A DNA stretch of 45,219 bases from Bacillota bacterium. GTDB taxonomy: Bacteria > Bacillota > Clostridia > Acetivibrionales > DSM-1351. The notes under the pieces were generated by a model, which worked only from the letters and a program-made list of their open reading frames with translations, did not search any database and was not told where the DNA came from. Position 1 is the first letter of the stretch, and every line of letters begins with the position of its first letter. This document shows, in pieces, positions 8,867 to 19,669 of this stretch. The stretch spans positions 1 through 45,219 of the forward strand of contig JAEYNI010000329.1 of NCBI GenBank assembly GCA_023412635.1. Direction: 5' to 3'. Position numbers and translations under genes: made by a program.

Positions 8867-11800
8867 TTATTTTCCATATGGATTCAAAGTTCCATCTAAC
8901 AATTCCTGCTTCATAGCATTCAACTCATTTCTTACTGCATTTTCAAGTCTGTCTGTTCCACCATACCTATCATAAATAGAATCTAACCTTCTTTGAACTT
9001 CCTTATGGTATGAATCTGTATGCCTTCCTCTATGATTAGCTAAATCAACAAGATTGTCGATATCTTTACTTATGTCAATTCCTGTCTCCTTAATTGCAGG
9101 GTGGTTTTTAAAATCAAATTTTTTACTCTTATCCGTAACTATATGATGTTTTTCAGTTTTACTAGACACCTTTGTTTCCATTTTAGCTAAATCAGTAGAA
9201 ATATCAACTATATTATCTGCCTTTTTAGCAAGTTTTGCAGCTGTAGCTCCTAATCCAACAACAGGTATCATTGCAGCCAGCGAAATTCTGTAATTTGTTT
9301 CATCTCCCCTCGCATAGTATATTGTTGCATTTATAGCATCCGGGATAAAACCAGCTGCAGGAACCAATCCAGCTACATCAAGCGAATTTTGAATACCATC
9401 TACAAATTGAGTTCCTAGACTTTTTTCTTCAGTAGATTTACTCGTATTCTGAGAAGTTACACTCTTACCCGTCCCCTTTTGTATAATACTTTTTTTCTTG
9501 TTAGCTGTATCATCTAACGTTTTATTGGCAATAGTTAACGTTCTTTTTGTGTTTTCAATAGCGGCTACAGTGTTCTCTGTTGTTTTTATTAACGCATTAA
9601 CCTCAGTATCTTTAGCAAGTTTAACAGGTTTTTTTGGAGTAATTTTTATATCAGGAGCTTTTGGGTCTACATTCTTAACTTGAGTATTTATTCCTACAAG
9701 CTCATTATTCTGAGTATCTGTTGTTAAAGAACCACCTTTAGTTGTGGTTTTTATCTGTTTTATATTCTCTATAGACTTTGCATATTTTTCGTCAGTGATA
9801 ATTAATACATTACCTTTCAGCTGACCTGCAGCAGCCTTAGGTGCTTCTGGTAGTTCTATCCCTTGAGATTTTGCTGCTTGTTTACTCTGCTCAAAATATA
9901 TCTCGTTAATTGTTTGATTCCCAACTATACCATCAACCTGAAGCCCATTATTTTTTTGGAATTTCTTAACTGCTGCTTCTGTTTCTGCTCCAAATATTCC
10001 ATCAACAGTAACTTTATATCCTAATTTCTTTAAGTCTTCTTGTATTGCCCTAATAGTATCACCTTTTGTTCCTATCTTGGCTACTGTGTGTCCAGTTGGG
10101 TCGATATACTGGATCGGGTCGTTGTGTGCGTATGTATAAAGGTTCAAGCTCAGTGGGTTCTTATCCTCTCCCCAATAACTGTCCTCTGTTATGAATCGTC
10201 CTATGTATGGGTCATAATATCTTGCCCTCAGGTAATATAGTCCTGTTTCAGCATCCAGATACTCACCTGCGTATCGGATTGCATTTTCAACAGTTTCTAT
10301 CGTGAGTACAGGATTTCCCCAGATATCATACTCGTACTGATTTAATACAGTACCTGCTTCATCCACTGCCTGTACTACATCTCCATGTCCGTTGAACAGG
10401 AAGTATGATGTTTTCCCACTTCCATCTGCTTTTGATATGTAATTTATTCCCTTTACATATCTCGCTTTTATATTGCTATTTGCATCTGTTTCAAGTATTA
10501 CATTCTGTCTGTCATATAAATAATTTGTTACTTCTGCTGCATATCCATTGTCGGATCTCTTGATTGTTTTGCTTACTCTCAGGTTGTCACCGTTATATAC
10601 GTATTCAGCAGTGGTCCTTAGCCCGTCTTTTACTGTCTCAGCCTTCTTTAACCTGTTAAAGCCGTCATAGATATAGCTGGTTTTTTCCACCAGCTTGTCT
10701 ATGTCTCCTGGCAGATTGTCTCCGTATGCAGTCCCTTTTGTGGCAGGGCGTATACTTGTATTGTCGGGCAATACATAGCTTACGGTTTGACGCAGCTGGT
10801 TTCCATTATTGTCGTATACATATTTTGTTGTCTTTCTTGCAACTTCCGTATTGCTTTCATCAAACATTCTTTCTACCAGCTTTAGTAGTGTGTTTGATGA
10901 AGCGTAGGTATAGTCGCTTTTCTTTAATATATATTGTATGTCTTTTCCTGTAACCTCGTCAACATAACCACTGGGCTGCGGCGAAATGTAAGTTTCGTTC
11001 TGGGATATCCTGTTCCCTGCATTGTCATAGGAATATACCGTTGTTTTACCTGGAGTAGACACCTTAAGTATTCTGCCGGCTTTATCATATGTATAGTATG
11101 TTGTTCCGAAGCTGTCTGTTTTCGATATTTGTCTTCCGGCAATGTCATATTCATAACTGTACTCAGATATTACAGCTCCGTTAGCTTTACAATTTATTAG
11201 CTTTATCAGCTGATTATCTTTATCGAAGGTATACTTTTCACTTACACCTCCGTCATATGTGATATCTGTTCTTCGGCCGTTTTCATCGTAAGTATAGGTT
11301 GCAGTCTTTCCGTTTGAAGTAACTGTTTCCATCCTATTGGATTTATCATAAGTATAGCTTATGGTATTTCCTTTTGAATCAGTAATATTGGTCACATTGC
11401 CAACCTGATCGTAGGTATAGCTTATCTGAGCAGCCCCGTCCTTTGTTACTTCAAGGAGTCGATTATTTGCATCGTAGCTGTAAAAGCTGTTCCCGCTGTC
11501 ATCAGACATTGTTTTTTTATTTCCTGCTTCATCGTATGAATAGCTTACACTATCACCTGTTTCCAACACCTTCTTTTCCAGTAAAAGTCCCTTGTCGTCA
11601 TAGGTGTATACAGTATTACTGCCATTTTCATCTGTAATGCAGGCTGTATTTCCATTAAGGTCATACTTGTACCTTATTTCTTTATTCTCAGGGTTTATTA
11701 CTGTTTTCAGTTTTCCAAAGGCTGTGTAGTTATACTTTGTAAGTTTACCTCTTCCATCTGTCATGGTCAGCTTGCTACCCTGCTTGTCATAGCTGTACTT

Positions 11801-14800
11801 TGTTGCTACTCCCAGTGGGTCGATGACCCTGATTAATTTTCCAGCAGCATCATAGTCATATGTATAAGTGTTTCCCAGTCCGTCTGTTTGCTTCACTACT
11901 TCCCCATACTGATTATACTCATACCTGCTGCTGACTTTATTTTGTGCAGCAGCTTCGGGAGTTGCCTTAGCAATCAACCTGTTAGCAAGATCATAGGTAT
12001 ACAGAGTACCATATCTTGAATCGTCGTTGTCTGCCGATAAATAGCCCAGGGCATCTATTTCCTTTATGACATTACCATTGGCATCATATACCTTCTTATT
12101 TATAACCCTGTCGTAGGAATCAATAACTGTAACAACTCTGTTTAGCTTGTCATAAGTATAAGTCATGGTATCGCCCTTGGAATTTGTTTCGGAGAGCTTG
12201 TTACCTGCAAGGTCATAGGTATTACTCAATGTATTGTTAAGTGCGTCTGTAAGAGTCTTAACCCTGTTTAATTTATCATATGTGCATTTAGTTTCAAAAC
12301 CCCTTTCATTTTTCTCGGCAATCTTGTTACCGCACTCATCATAGGTATAACTTATAGATCCATCTGTACCGTTATATTTTCTTGTTATTTCTTCTAGTCT
12401 GTTTAATACATCGTAGGTGTATTCAGTTGTGTAATTTGCTCTGCTTTGTATATCCTCCTCTTTGTATCCAAAGGCAAGGGGACTGGTTACCTTGGTTCTA
12501 TTGCCCAATATATCGTACTCATAGGCAGTAATCACCATGAGTTTTCCTGGAAATTCACTGTCTTTGAGGTTGTCCAGATTGGGCAGAGCGGCAGCATTGT
12601 ATATATCTTTTTCATCTACATACTGTATCTCTTTTATTACCCTGTTCTGCATATCATACTCAAATTTTTGTGTATCATATACCTTATCTGATCTCAGGCT
12701 TTCTTTTTTTACTAGATTACCATTTTTATCATAATAGTTTTTTATAAATGAACCACTGCTGTCGGAGACTGTATCTATAAGATTATTATCATAATATGTA
12801 TAATTTGTTGTTCTTGATGATAGCTTATCCTTAGTGCCTGTTAATACTTTAGATGAAATGTTTCCAACTTCATCATAGGTATAGGTCTCAACAGAGTAGA
12901 AAACAGTTCCGCTGCTATCCTTTTCAATGGGGATTCTCTTTTTTATCAATCTGCCAATTTCATCATAATTTGAATATGAAATGCTGCCTCCCTTATCCTT
13001 TAATGCGACTATGTTCCCCAGCAAATCGGTTTTAAATTCAAGAGTATTCCCATATTCATCTTTTTCGGAATTCTTACCGTTAAAACTGCTATAGCTGTAA
13101 TTGGTTGAGTTTCCTAACTGGTTTGTCAGTGATGTCATTCTTCCTAAAAGGTCGTATGTATAGCTTATTTCTCCGCCATCTGCATAAACAGTTCTTGCAA
13201 GTGTCCCATCCGAATTGTAGAAATAGACTGTTGAATTACCCCTTTCGTCAGTGTTTTTAACCATTCTACCTAAAATGTCATATTCATTTTTCTTACTGTA
13301 TCCGAGAGCATTCGTAGTTTTTATAACATTTCCTGCAGCATCATATTCGTAGGAAGTACCGGGTGATGTGTCAATGCTACCATTAAACCTTAGTCCATCC
13401 ACCCTTTTTATCACATTCCCCAAAGCATCATACTTTATATACTCTATAGCATTTCCATCCGGCAAAATAGTGGAGGTTCGCCTGTTCATATTGTCATAGG
13501 TATATGACATTCCTTCCATAGAATCTGCAAGTTCAGGTGTGTCCTTTTCTGAAATATAACTATTTGGTTCTATCTGTTTTACTAGATTGCCCATTACATC
13601 ATAAATGTACCTTGTAACCGCAAATCCTCCATCAGCTGAAGGGGCCTTTTTTCTTATTAGCCTGTTCATTGAGTCATATTCATAATGTGTAGATTTACCT
13701 TTAGCGTTCTTTTCCTCCAGCAAATTTCCATTATAGTCATATTTGTAGAAAGTAGCATTATTCAAGGCATCAATTTTCTTTACCGGTTTGTTGTCTAAGT
13801 CATATTCAATAGTATTGGAATTCCCATTTGCATCGGTCTTTGTTCTTAACTGCCCATTGTTGTAATAAGTATAGCTAGTCTTAGCCTTAACTTTTGTGGA
13901 ATACTCGCTGTCAAATTCAATATTTCTTATATAGTTTGTATCCAGATCAGATGTTTCAACAAGCAGAGTTTCTTCTATAATTCTGGACTGAATATCATAT
14001 TTATATCTGTTAACTTGATAATCATTTCCATTAATCTTCTGCTTTTTAGTTATTACATTACCTTTTTTATCATATTCGTTAATGGTTTCGCGCCCAGAAG
14101 GTCCTATAACCTTAATACTTCTTCCATTTTTATCATAGGAGTAATTTATCCTGTCTCCTGTTGAAGTGTCCTGTCCTCCGTCTACCTTCCCCTTGCTAGT
14201 TTTATAACTAAAGGTTTCAGTGCTTAAAGTTCTCCCTGATTCATCATACCTGGTTATTATATGCTTATAGTAGTCATATAACGCATCTGAAGTTATGTAC
14301 TCCTTTTTGTCGGTTATGTTACCAAGAAGGTCGTATTGGAAGTAATCAGCATATCCGGCTTTATCAACACTTTTAAGAAGTTCTCCCTTTGGAGAATATT
14401 CAAAGGTTTCGGTTGTATTATCCGGATATTCGATTCTATAAATTTTACCAAACAGGTTTGTATATGTCGTTGTATTACCTGATTTATCGGTTTTAACCAT
14501 TTTTGCTTTTCCAGATAGATCATAGTCATAACTTTCAATTGAACCATCCGGATAAATTTTTCTCTTTAACAGGCCATTCAAGAAATATTCATTCTGAGTT
14601 ACATTGTTATAGAAATCTGTTTCTTTAAGTACTCTACCTGCTCCATCATAAGTATACTTCTTTGAATACTTGTCTGTTCCGTTTTGTATATTTTCTTTGC
14701 ATACCTGGGCATATATATACCTTATCACGTTATTGAAGGCGTCATATTCATAAACATTTCCAGCAGACATTAAAGGATTGTCATTATTATAGCCTTCTCC

Positions 14801-17800
14801 ATCTGCTTCCTTTGATAAATTACCACGGGTATCATATTCCTTATAATCTATAACAGTTCTTCGAGTACCATCAAATACTATTGACTTAACCTGTCTGTTC
14901 AAAGCATCGTATTCATATATTATTCCTGGAGCTGCGGCTAGGTCTTGGGATGAATATCTCGGATCTATTTCCTTTATCACATTACCATTTTCATCGTAAA
15001 TGTATTTACTGACGTATCCCATCGGGTCTACTTTCATTGTCATTTTACCCATTCCGTCATATTGATACTGTGTGGTACAAGCAACTCCTGAATTATATAT
15101 TGTCTCTGTAGCAATATTTCCGGTTTTATCGTAGGTATATTCAGTAGTCCTGGAGAGGCTAGCTTTAATAGGCTCAATTTTTTCAACCAGACGATTTCTA
15201 TAATCATGTTTGTATGTAATTCTATCAAAGTCCGCGCCGTTATATTGTTCTTCACTTATTCTGTTGCCTACATGGTCATAGACATACTTCCTGATAAGTT
15301 GTCCTAGAATTACTGCATTATTTTCGTCTGAAGACCTATCGTTCATAGTCCCTTTTATCAGAACTACCCTGTTATCATAATCGTATTCGTATGCATAATC
15401 TATTGTGACACTTCCAGATTCATTAACAAACTCTGTCATACTGGTTTTGTTACCATTTTTATCATAAGTGTATCTCTTATGTGATTTCCTTAATGTATCA
15501 ATCCTGTCGTACTCATCGATAATTCTATTCATACTGTCATAGGTATATTCAGTATGCGAAGATATTTTATCGGCATTTCCTTCTACTTTCCCCACCATAT
15601 AAGATATCAGATTATTGGATTTGTCATACATATACTTCTTGTACGTATATATTTCGAGCGAACTTTTATCGAATATTCTCTCTTCAATTGTCCTCCCGAT
15701 GGAATCATATATGTACTGGGTCGTTCTACCCAAAGGTTCTTGAATTAAAATAGGCTTATTAATGCTATTATATTTATACTGTGTTTCATTATTGAGAGCA
15801 TCTTTTTTGCTTATGAGCCTGCCCAAATCATCGTAAGTATATATTGTAGTATTACCTCTTGCATCTGTTTCACTTAATAAATTTCCAGAATAATCATATT
15901 TATAATATGTAGTATAATAATTTATGTTATCAGGAGTATCCTCCGATTTGATAAGCTGATGCATATAATCATAATACTGTCGTTTTTTAAAGCCACGCTC
16001 GTCAGTTGTTGTTAGAATCAACCATGTATCTGGATCGTCTCCATATGTATAACTAAAACTTATACATTCCTTTTTTATTATATCCTTCTCGTAATAATCT
16101 TTATTTGTTAGCATGTTCTGGCTATCATATGTAAATCTTATACTGTTTCCGTTTGCATCAATTTCTTTTATCTTATTTCCATATGGATCATACTCACTTT
16201 TAAGAATACATTGCCATGTATCATTTAAAAATACACAATACTCCACCTGGTTTCCGAAAATATCAAACTTATACATAGATCTGGTACCATTCGGATCAAT
16301 GTATTCTATCTCTTTATTTTGTGTATTATAATTGTTATAATAATACTCCTTTACAGTATTATCAGGGTTGGTAATCTTTATTACTCGGCTTAACGAGTCA
16401 TATTCGTATCCAGTTTTATTCCCATTACCATCGATTTCAGCAACCATATTACCTGTATTGAAGTCATAAGCGTACTTTTTTGATATTTCAACCTCATCAA
16501 TTATACTGAATTCTTTTGTAATGTACGCACCCTTCTGATCAACCCCGGCAGCATCAACCCCATATTCGAAAATGGTCACCATCTCTGGCTCATTTTGGTC
16601 ATTTCCGCTGGGATGAATTGTTTTCTTTATCATATTGCCAAAATTGTCATACTCATAATCCGTTATTAGCCATGAATCCTTACTATTAACCTGGCGTTTT
16701 TTTTCTTGTATTACATTACCTTTGTCGTCAATTGAATATTCGATCTGAGCTATGGTGTCCTCATCTATATCCCAGGTTTTTGAACTTAAAACGTTAAACC
16801 TATAGTCATAGGTGTACTTTATAGTGTTCTTTGCATTTTCTAAAGGATATCCTTTTTCATCTCTTTTTACATCTGGTCCCGCATAAAATATCAGATTTCC
16901 ATTATCATCATATCTATAATTTTCAACTTTTTTGGAAGTAGAACCTACAACTATCCCATCTTCGATTTTTGGGTTAGTAGGATTTACTACTCCAGTCTCG
17001 ATTTTGGGGGAAGTAGAATCTACAACTTTCCCCTTTTCAATACTTTTCATTGTAGTCTCTGTTTTTTTGGGATATCTCATTTCATCATATTCTGTTACTA
17101 TAGCAGATTCATGATTAGTACCTGTTTCCACAGTACTTACCAGGTCGTGAATACCGTTATATGTATATTTTGTTTTGGTATTTCTATAGTCTGTTATTAA
17201 TGTATAGTATCGATAAACACCCTTTAAATAGCTTAAGCTCAATTTTTCATCATATTCTTTAGATCCATAACCATCTGGTTCATTGGTATATCCATAAGTC
17301 TCCTTGTCCTTGACGTTAAAAATGAATGCATCTAAAAAACTGCTTTTTGAGGAATCAAACCCCGTTTTTTCAAGTTCCTTTACCTCAAATACTTTTCTGT
17401 ACTCCATACTTCCTTTTTCTGCTAATCGTTTCTTAAAAGTATTATATGAAAATCTCTGTATTCGATTTGTTTTACAGTAATCTATCTGCGTAAGGTTCTC
17501 ATATCTTATATAGGAATAATAGTTTGTATTATCTGTATAGGTAAAGCCTAATTCAGGCTGATCATACCAGAAGTGGTATCTGGGTTTACCGTCAACATCG
17601 AAAACCCTTTGAAGTCTGGTTCTGATTACATTACCAGATTTGTTCACAAGTACTGCTGTTTTGTCATATACGATTTCTTGACCATTAGGAAGTTTGATTA
17701 TTACTTGGAATTTTCCTTGTAAATCTCCAGAGTAAGTTGCATTAGGGTTTTGCGATGCTTTATAACTATTATCTAAGGTGTATTTCTCATTCTTGATTGG

Positions 17801-18664
17801 GCCGACCCTAAAGTTCTCATCCTGCTTATATTCAATTATAACTTCTCTGCCAACAGTATCTATTATTTTAGAGATTAGTTTTTGGGTTTTAGTATTCCAA
17901 TCCACTTTGTATGTCAACGTACTATACTGGAACACTATTTTATTGCCATACCTGTCCACTATCCCTAGAACCCTTCCATCCTCGGCAAAATAAGTTTTCT
18001 TTCCAGTTTTATCTGTCATTACATAATATGATGTTCCATCAGTCTGTCCATTATTAAAATCGCTATTTAATTTTATTGTAACATCCTTTTTAGTTTGGCC
18101 TTCCGGTATAAATGTACTTTTATCTTCCTCTTCATCTGGTATATCAGGATTATCAGGGTAGACAAGCTTATATACATCTCCAGCTTCAGTATGAAGAAAA
18201 ATATATTCGGTTTGGTCATAATTCTTCTTAATTTCGAGCGCTGGGAATGAAAATCTCATTCCAACTCCAAGGTTGTACCTGTCTTCATAAAATAAGCCGG
18301 CTGTTTTATCAGAGGATACCTGATCAACCCATTCTCCATAAATGTACTCTGTTTTCATCTCTCGTAAATTTGAAATACCGCTTTTATATATTCTCTTTAT
18401 TTCCAGATCCAGGCCGTTCCTACCAGGAAGTACGTAATCAGTCTGGGCAAGTGAAACCTCTCCGCTTTGTGGGTTGATAGATTCATTTGATGTATTGTTC
18501 CTTAAATAGGCCGGTGACAGCATTGTGTTATACTGCTTCTCTGGTCCTATCAGATTGTTCATTCTCTCTTCCAGCGTAGCAGCATAAACTGATTGTATAG
18601 ATATAAGAGTAATAAAAATTACCAATAATAACCCTACAGATATTTTGCTATTTTTTAATCTCAA
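8867..18664 (-). CDS. Secreted RHS/YD-repeat polymorphic toxin with C-terminal PG-binding, pre-toxin and AHH-type HNH nuclease domains
   Basis: Signal peptide ending VYA-A; INPQSGEVSLAQTDYVLPGRNGLDLEIKRIY; dozens of YxYD repeats; core RYAGEYLDAETGLYYLRARYYDPYIGRFITED...PIQYIDPTGH (~10088-10280); tip EKHHIV...NLVDL..HRGRH..YH. Confidence 0.95.
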   Translation of the reverse strand: MRLKNSKISVGLLLVIFITLISIQSVYAATLEERMNNLIGPEKQYNTMLSPAYLRNNTSNESINPQSGEVSLAQTDYVLPGRNGLDLEIKRIYKSGISNLREMKTEYIYGEWVDQVSSDKTAGLFYEDRYNLGVGMRFSFPALEIKKNYDQTEYIFLHTEAGDVYKLVYPDNPDIPDEEEDKSTFIPEGQTKKDVTIKLNSDFNNGQTDGTSYYVMTDKTGKKTYFAEDGRVLGIVDRYGNKIVFQYSTLTYKVDWNTKTQKLISKIIDTVGREVIIEYKQDENFRVGPIKNEKYTLDNSYKASQNPNATYSGDLQGKFQVIIKLPNGQEIVYDKTAVLVNKSGNVIRTRLQRVFDVDGKPRYHFWYDQPELGFTYTDNTNYYSYIRYENLTQIDYCKTNRIQRFSYNTFKKRLAEKGSMEYRKVFEVKELEKTGFDSSKSSFLDAFIFNVKDKETYGYTNEPDGYGSKEYDEKLSLSYLKGVYRYYTLITDYRNTKTKYTYNGIHDLVSTVETGTNHESAIVTEYDEMRYPKKTETTMKSIEKGKVVDSTSPKIETGVVNPTNPKIEDGIVVGSTSKKVENYRYDDNGNLIFYAGPDVKRDEKGYPLENAKNTIKYTYDYRFNVLSSKTWDIDEDTIAQIEYSIDDKGNVIQEKKRQVNSKDSWLITDYEYDNFGNMIKKTIHPSGNDQNEPEMVTIFEYGVDAAGVDQKGAYITKEFSIIDEVEISKKYAYDFNTGNMVAEIDGNGNKTGYEYDSLSRVIKITNPDNTVKEYYYNNYNTQNKEIEYIDPNGTRSMYKFDIFGNQVEYCVFLNDTWQCILKSEYDPYGNKIKEIDANGNSIRFTYDSQNMLTNKDYYEKDIIKKECISFSYTYGDDPDTWLILTTTDERGFKKRQYYDYMHQLIKSEDTPDNINYYTTYYKYDYSGNLLSETDARGNTTIYTYDDLGRLISKKDALNNETQYKYNSINKPILIQEPLGRTTQYIYDSIGRTIEERIFDKSSLEIYTYKKYMYDKSNNLISYMVGKVEGNADKISSHTEYTYDSMNRIIDEYDRIDTLRKSHKRYTYDKNGNKTSMTEFVNESGSVTIDYAYEYDYDNRVVLIKGTMNDRSSDENNAVILGQLIRKYVYDHVGNRISEEQYNGADFDRITYKHDYRNRLVEKIEPIKASLSRTTEYTYDKTGNIATETIYNSGVACTTQYQYDGMGKMTMKVDPMGYVSKYIYDENGNVIKEIDPRYSSQDLAAAPGIIYEYDALNRQVKSIVFDGTRRTVIDYKEYDTRGNLSKEADGEGYNNDNPLMSAGNVYEYDAFNNVIRYIYAQVCKENIQNGTDKYSKKYTYDGAGRVLKETDFYNNVTQNEYFLNGLLKRKIYPDGSIESYDYDLSGKAKMVKTDKSGNTTTYTNLFGKIYRIEYPDNTTETFEYSPKGELLKSVDKAGYADYFQYDLLGNITDKKEYITSDALYDYYKHIITRYDESGRTLSTETFSYKTSKGKVDGGQDTSTGDRINYSYDKNGRSIKVIGPSGRETINEYDKKGNVITKKQKINGNDYQVNRYKYDIQSRIIEETLLVETSDLDTNYIRNIEFDSEYSTKVKAKTSYTYYNNGQLRTKTDANGNSNTIEYDLDNKPVKKIDALNNATFYKYDYNGNLLEEKNAKGKSTHYEYDSMNRLIRKKAPSADGGFAVTRYIYDVMGNLVKQIEPNSYISEKDTPELADSMEGMSYTYDNMNRRTSTILPDGNAIEYIKYDALGNVIKRVDGLRFNGSIDTSPGTSYEYDAAGNVIKTTNALGYSKKNEYDILGRMVKNTDERGNSTVYFYNSDGTLARTVYADGGEISYTYDLLGRMTSLTNQLGNSTNYSYSSFNGKNSEKDEYGNTLEFKTDLLGNIVALKDKGGSISYSNYDEIGRLIKKRIPIEKDSSGTVFYSVETYTYDEVGNISSKVLTGTKDKLSSRTTNYTYYDNNLIDTVSDSSGSFIKNYYDKNGNLVKKESLRSDKVYDTQKFEYDMQNRVIKEIQYVDEKDIYNAAALPNLDNLKDSEFPGKLMVITAYEYDILGNRTKVTSPLAFGYKEEDIQSRANYTTEYTYDVLNRLEEITRKYNGTDGSISYTYDECGNKIAEKNERGFETKCTYDKLNRVKTLTDALNNTLSNTYDLAGNKLSETNSKGDTMTYTYDKLNRVVTVIDSYDRVINKKVYDANGNVIKEIDALGYLSADNDDSRYGTLYTYDLANRLIAKATPEAAAQNKVSSRYEYNQYGEVVKQTDGLGNTYTYDYDAAGKLIRVIDPLGVATKYSYDKQGSKLTMTDGRGKLTKYNYTAFGKLKTVINPENKEIRYKYDLNGNTACITDENGSNTVYTYDDKGLLLEKKVLETGDSVSYSYDEAGNKKTMSDDSGNSFYSYDANNRLLEVTKDGAAQISYTYDQVGNVTNITDSKGNTISYTYDKSNRMETVTSNGKTATYTYDENGRRTDITYDGGVSEKYTFDKDNQLIKLINCKANGAVISEYSYEYDIAGRQISKTDSFGTTYYTYDKAGRILKVSTPGKTTVYSYDNAGNRISQNETYISPQPSGYVDEVTGKDIQYILKKSDYTYASSNTLLKLVERMFDESNTEVARKTTKYVYDNNGNQLRQTVSYVLPDNTSIRPATKGTAYGDNLPGDIDKLVEKTSYIYDGFNRLKKAETVKDGLRTTAEYVYNGDNLRVSKTIKRSDNGYAAEVTNYLYDRQNVILETDANSNIKARYVKGINYISKADGSGKTSYFLFNGHGDVVQAVDEAGTVLNQYEYDIWGNPVLTIETVENAIRYAGEYLDAETGLYYLRARYYDPYIGRFITEDSYWGEDKNPLSLNLYTYAHNDPIQYIDPTGHTVAKIGTKGDTIRAIQEDLKKLGYKVTVDGIFGAETEAAVKKFQKNNGLQVDGIVGNQTINEIYFEQSKQAAKSQGIELPEAPKAAAGQLKGNVLIITDEKYAKSIENIKQIKTTTKGGSLTTDTQNNELVGINTQVKNVDPKAPDIKITPKKPVKLAKDTEVNALIKTTENTVAAIENTKRTLTIANKTLDDTANKKKSIIQKGTGKSVTSQNTSKSTEEKSLGTQFVDGIQNSLDVAGLVPAAGFIPDAINATIYYARGDETNYRISLAAMIPVVGLGATAAKLAKKADNIVDISTDLAKMETKVSSKTEKHHIVTDKSKKFDFKNHPAIKETGIDISKDIDNLVDLANHRGRHTDSYHKEVQRRLDSIYDRYGGTDRLENAVRNELNAMKQELLDGTLNPYGK

Positions 18665-18719
18665 AATAAGACCTCCTCATTCTATAGCTTACATGTTCAA
18701 ATTGCACCTCGACCTAGCC

Positions 18720-19649
18720 CTAATAGTACTTTTCGTGGTACGCTTTTGAATAGATATCCTCTTTCGAGAGGCCATTCTTTACTGCTTCAAGAACATCATC
18801 ATCAGATAATTCCAACTTATTTGCCAAAGCCATTGCTTCAATAACCTGCTTTTCGGAAAGCTTGTACTTATTTGCATATTTATCAAGTTGTTCACGTGTT
18901 ACAGATAGATGGGGGGATTTCTCCAGCCCGTTTACTATTCCGTATTGTGCATTGATTAGTCTCCAGCTCAATCCATTTATCTTTTTATCAAAGATCTCAC
19001 TAAAATCAGTTTTAGCCTTTTGACTAACCCTATCCGTTATCATAATTACATCATCACTTATACCCGGTGTCTGTAATAACTTGTCCAGGTACTGTGAATC
19101 AAAATTACTTGGTACAAACTCAGGGTTGTTCTTTAAGTAGTTTTTGAAGATTTGAGACCATTGCTTTCCAGAAACTTTCTCTTTTACAAGTACTTCAATA
19201 TCCTCAATTTTCCCATAGTTATCATTTAAGAATGAATATGCCGTAAGTATGTCAGGAAGCTTGTACTTTTTATTAATCAATCTTTCAATCTCATTTTTAA
19301 AGCTTATATGTACGTTTAACTCTTTTAAGAGGTTTTTATATTTTTCAACATTTCTTGTATATTTTTCAGGATCTGATGATTTAATAATATCAAGAATTTC
19401 ATTAGATATTTCTAAACTAAAATCATCTTGCAATTTATCATTAGCTTTAACAGTACTCTTTTTATTTTCTTCGGATTTACCATCACCATTTATTTGATTT
19501 CTAGAATCAGCAATTTTATTACTTACTTTTTCCGAAGAATCTTCGAATATGCTGCCTCCTATCATTGAGTAGCTTATAAAACCGCCTTGTATCAACAGAG
19601 CTGCTGCTGCAATAATACCAATAATTTTGATTCGTCTCATTTTTCTCAT
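18720..19649 (-). CDS. Exported or membrane-anchored helical hypothetical protein
   Basis: AAGGAGG RBS; basic N-terminus plus one hydrophobic segment; repeated GxxW motifs (GKQWSQI, GLSWRLI). Confidence 0.8.
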   Translation of the reverse strand: MRKMRRIKIIGIIAAAALLIQGGFISYSMIGGSIFEDSSEKVSNKIADSRNQINGDGKSEENKKSTVKANDKLQDDFSLEISNEILDIIKSSDPEKYTRNVEKYKNLLKELNVHISFKNEIERLINKKYKLPDILTAYSFLNDNYGKIEDIEVLVKEKVSGKQWSQIFKNYLKNNPEFVPSNFDSQYLDKLLQTPGISDDVIMITDRVSQKAKTDFSEIFDKKINGLSWRLINAQYGIVNGLEKSPHLSVTREQLDKYANKYKLSEKQVIEAMALANKLELSDDDVLEAVKNGLSKEDIYSKAYHEKYY

Positions 19650-19669
19650 AAAATCGCTCCTCCTTGATT

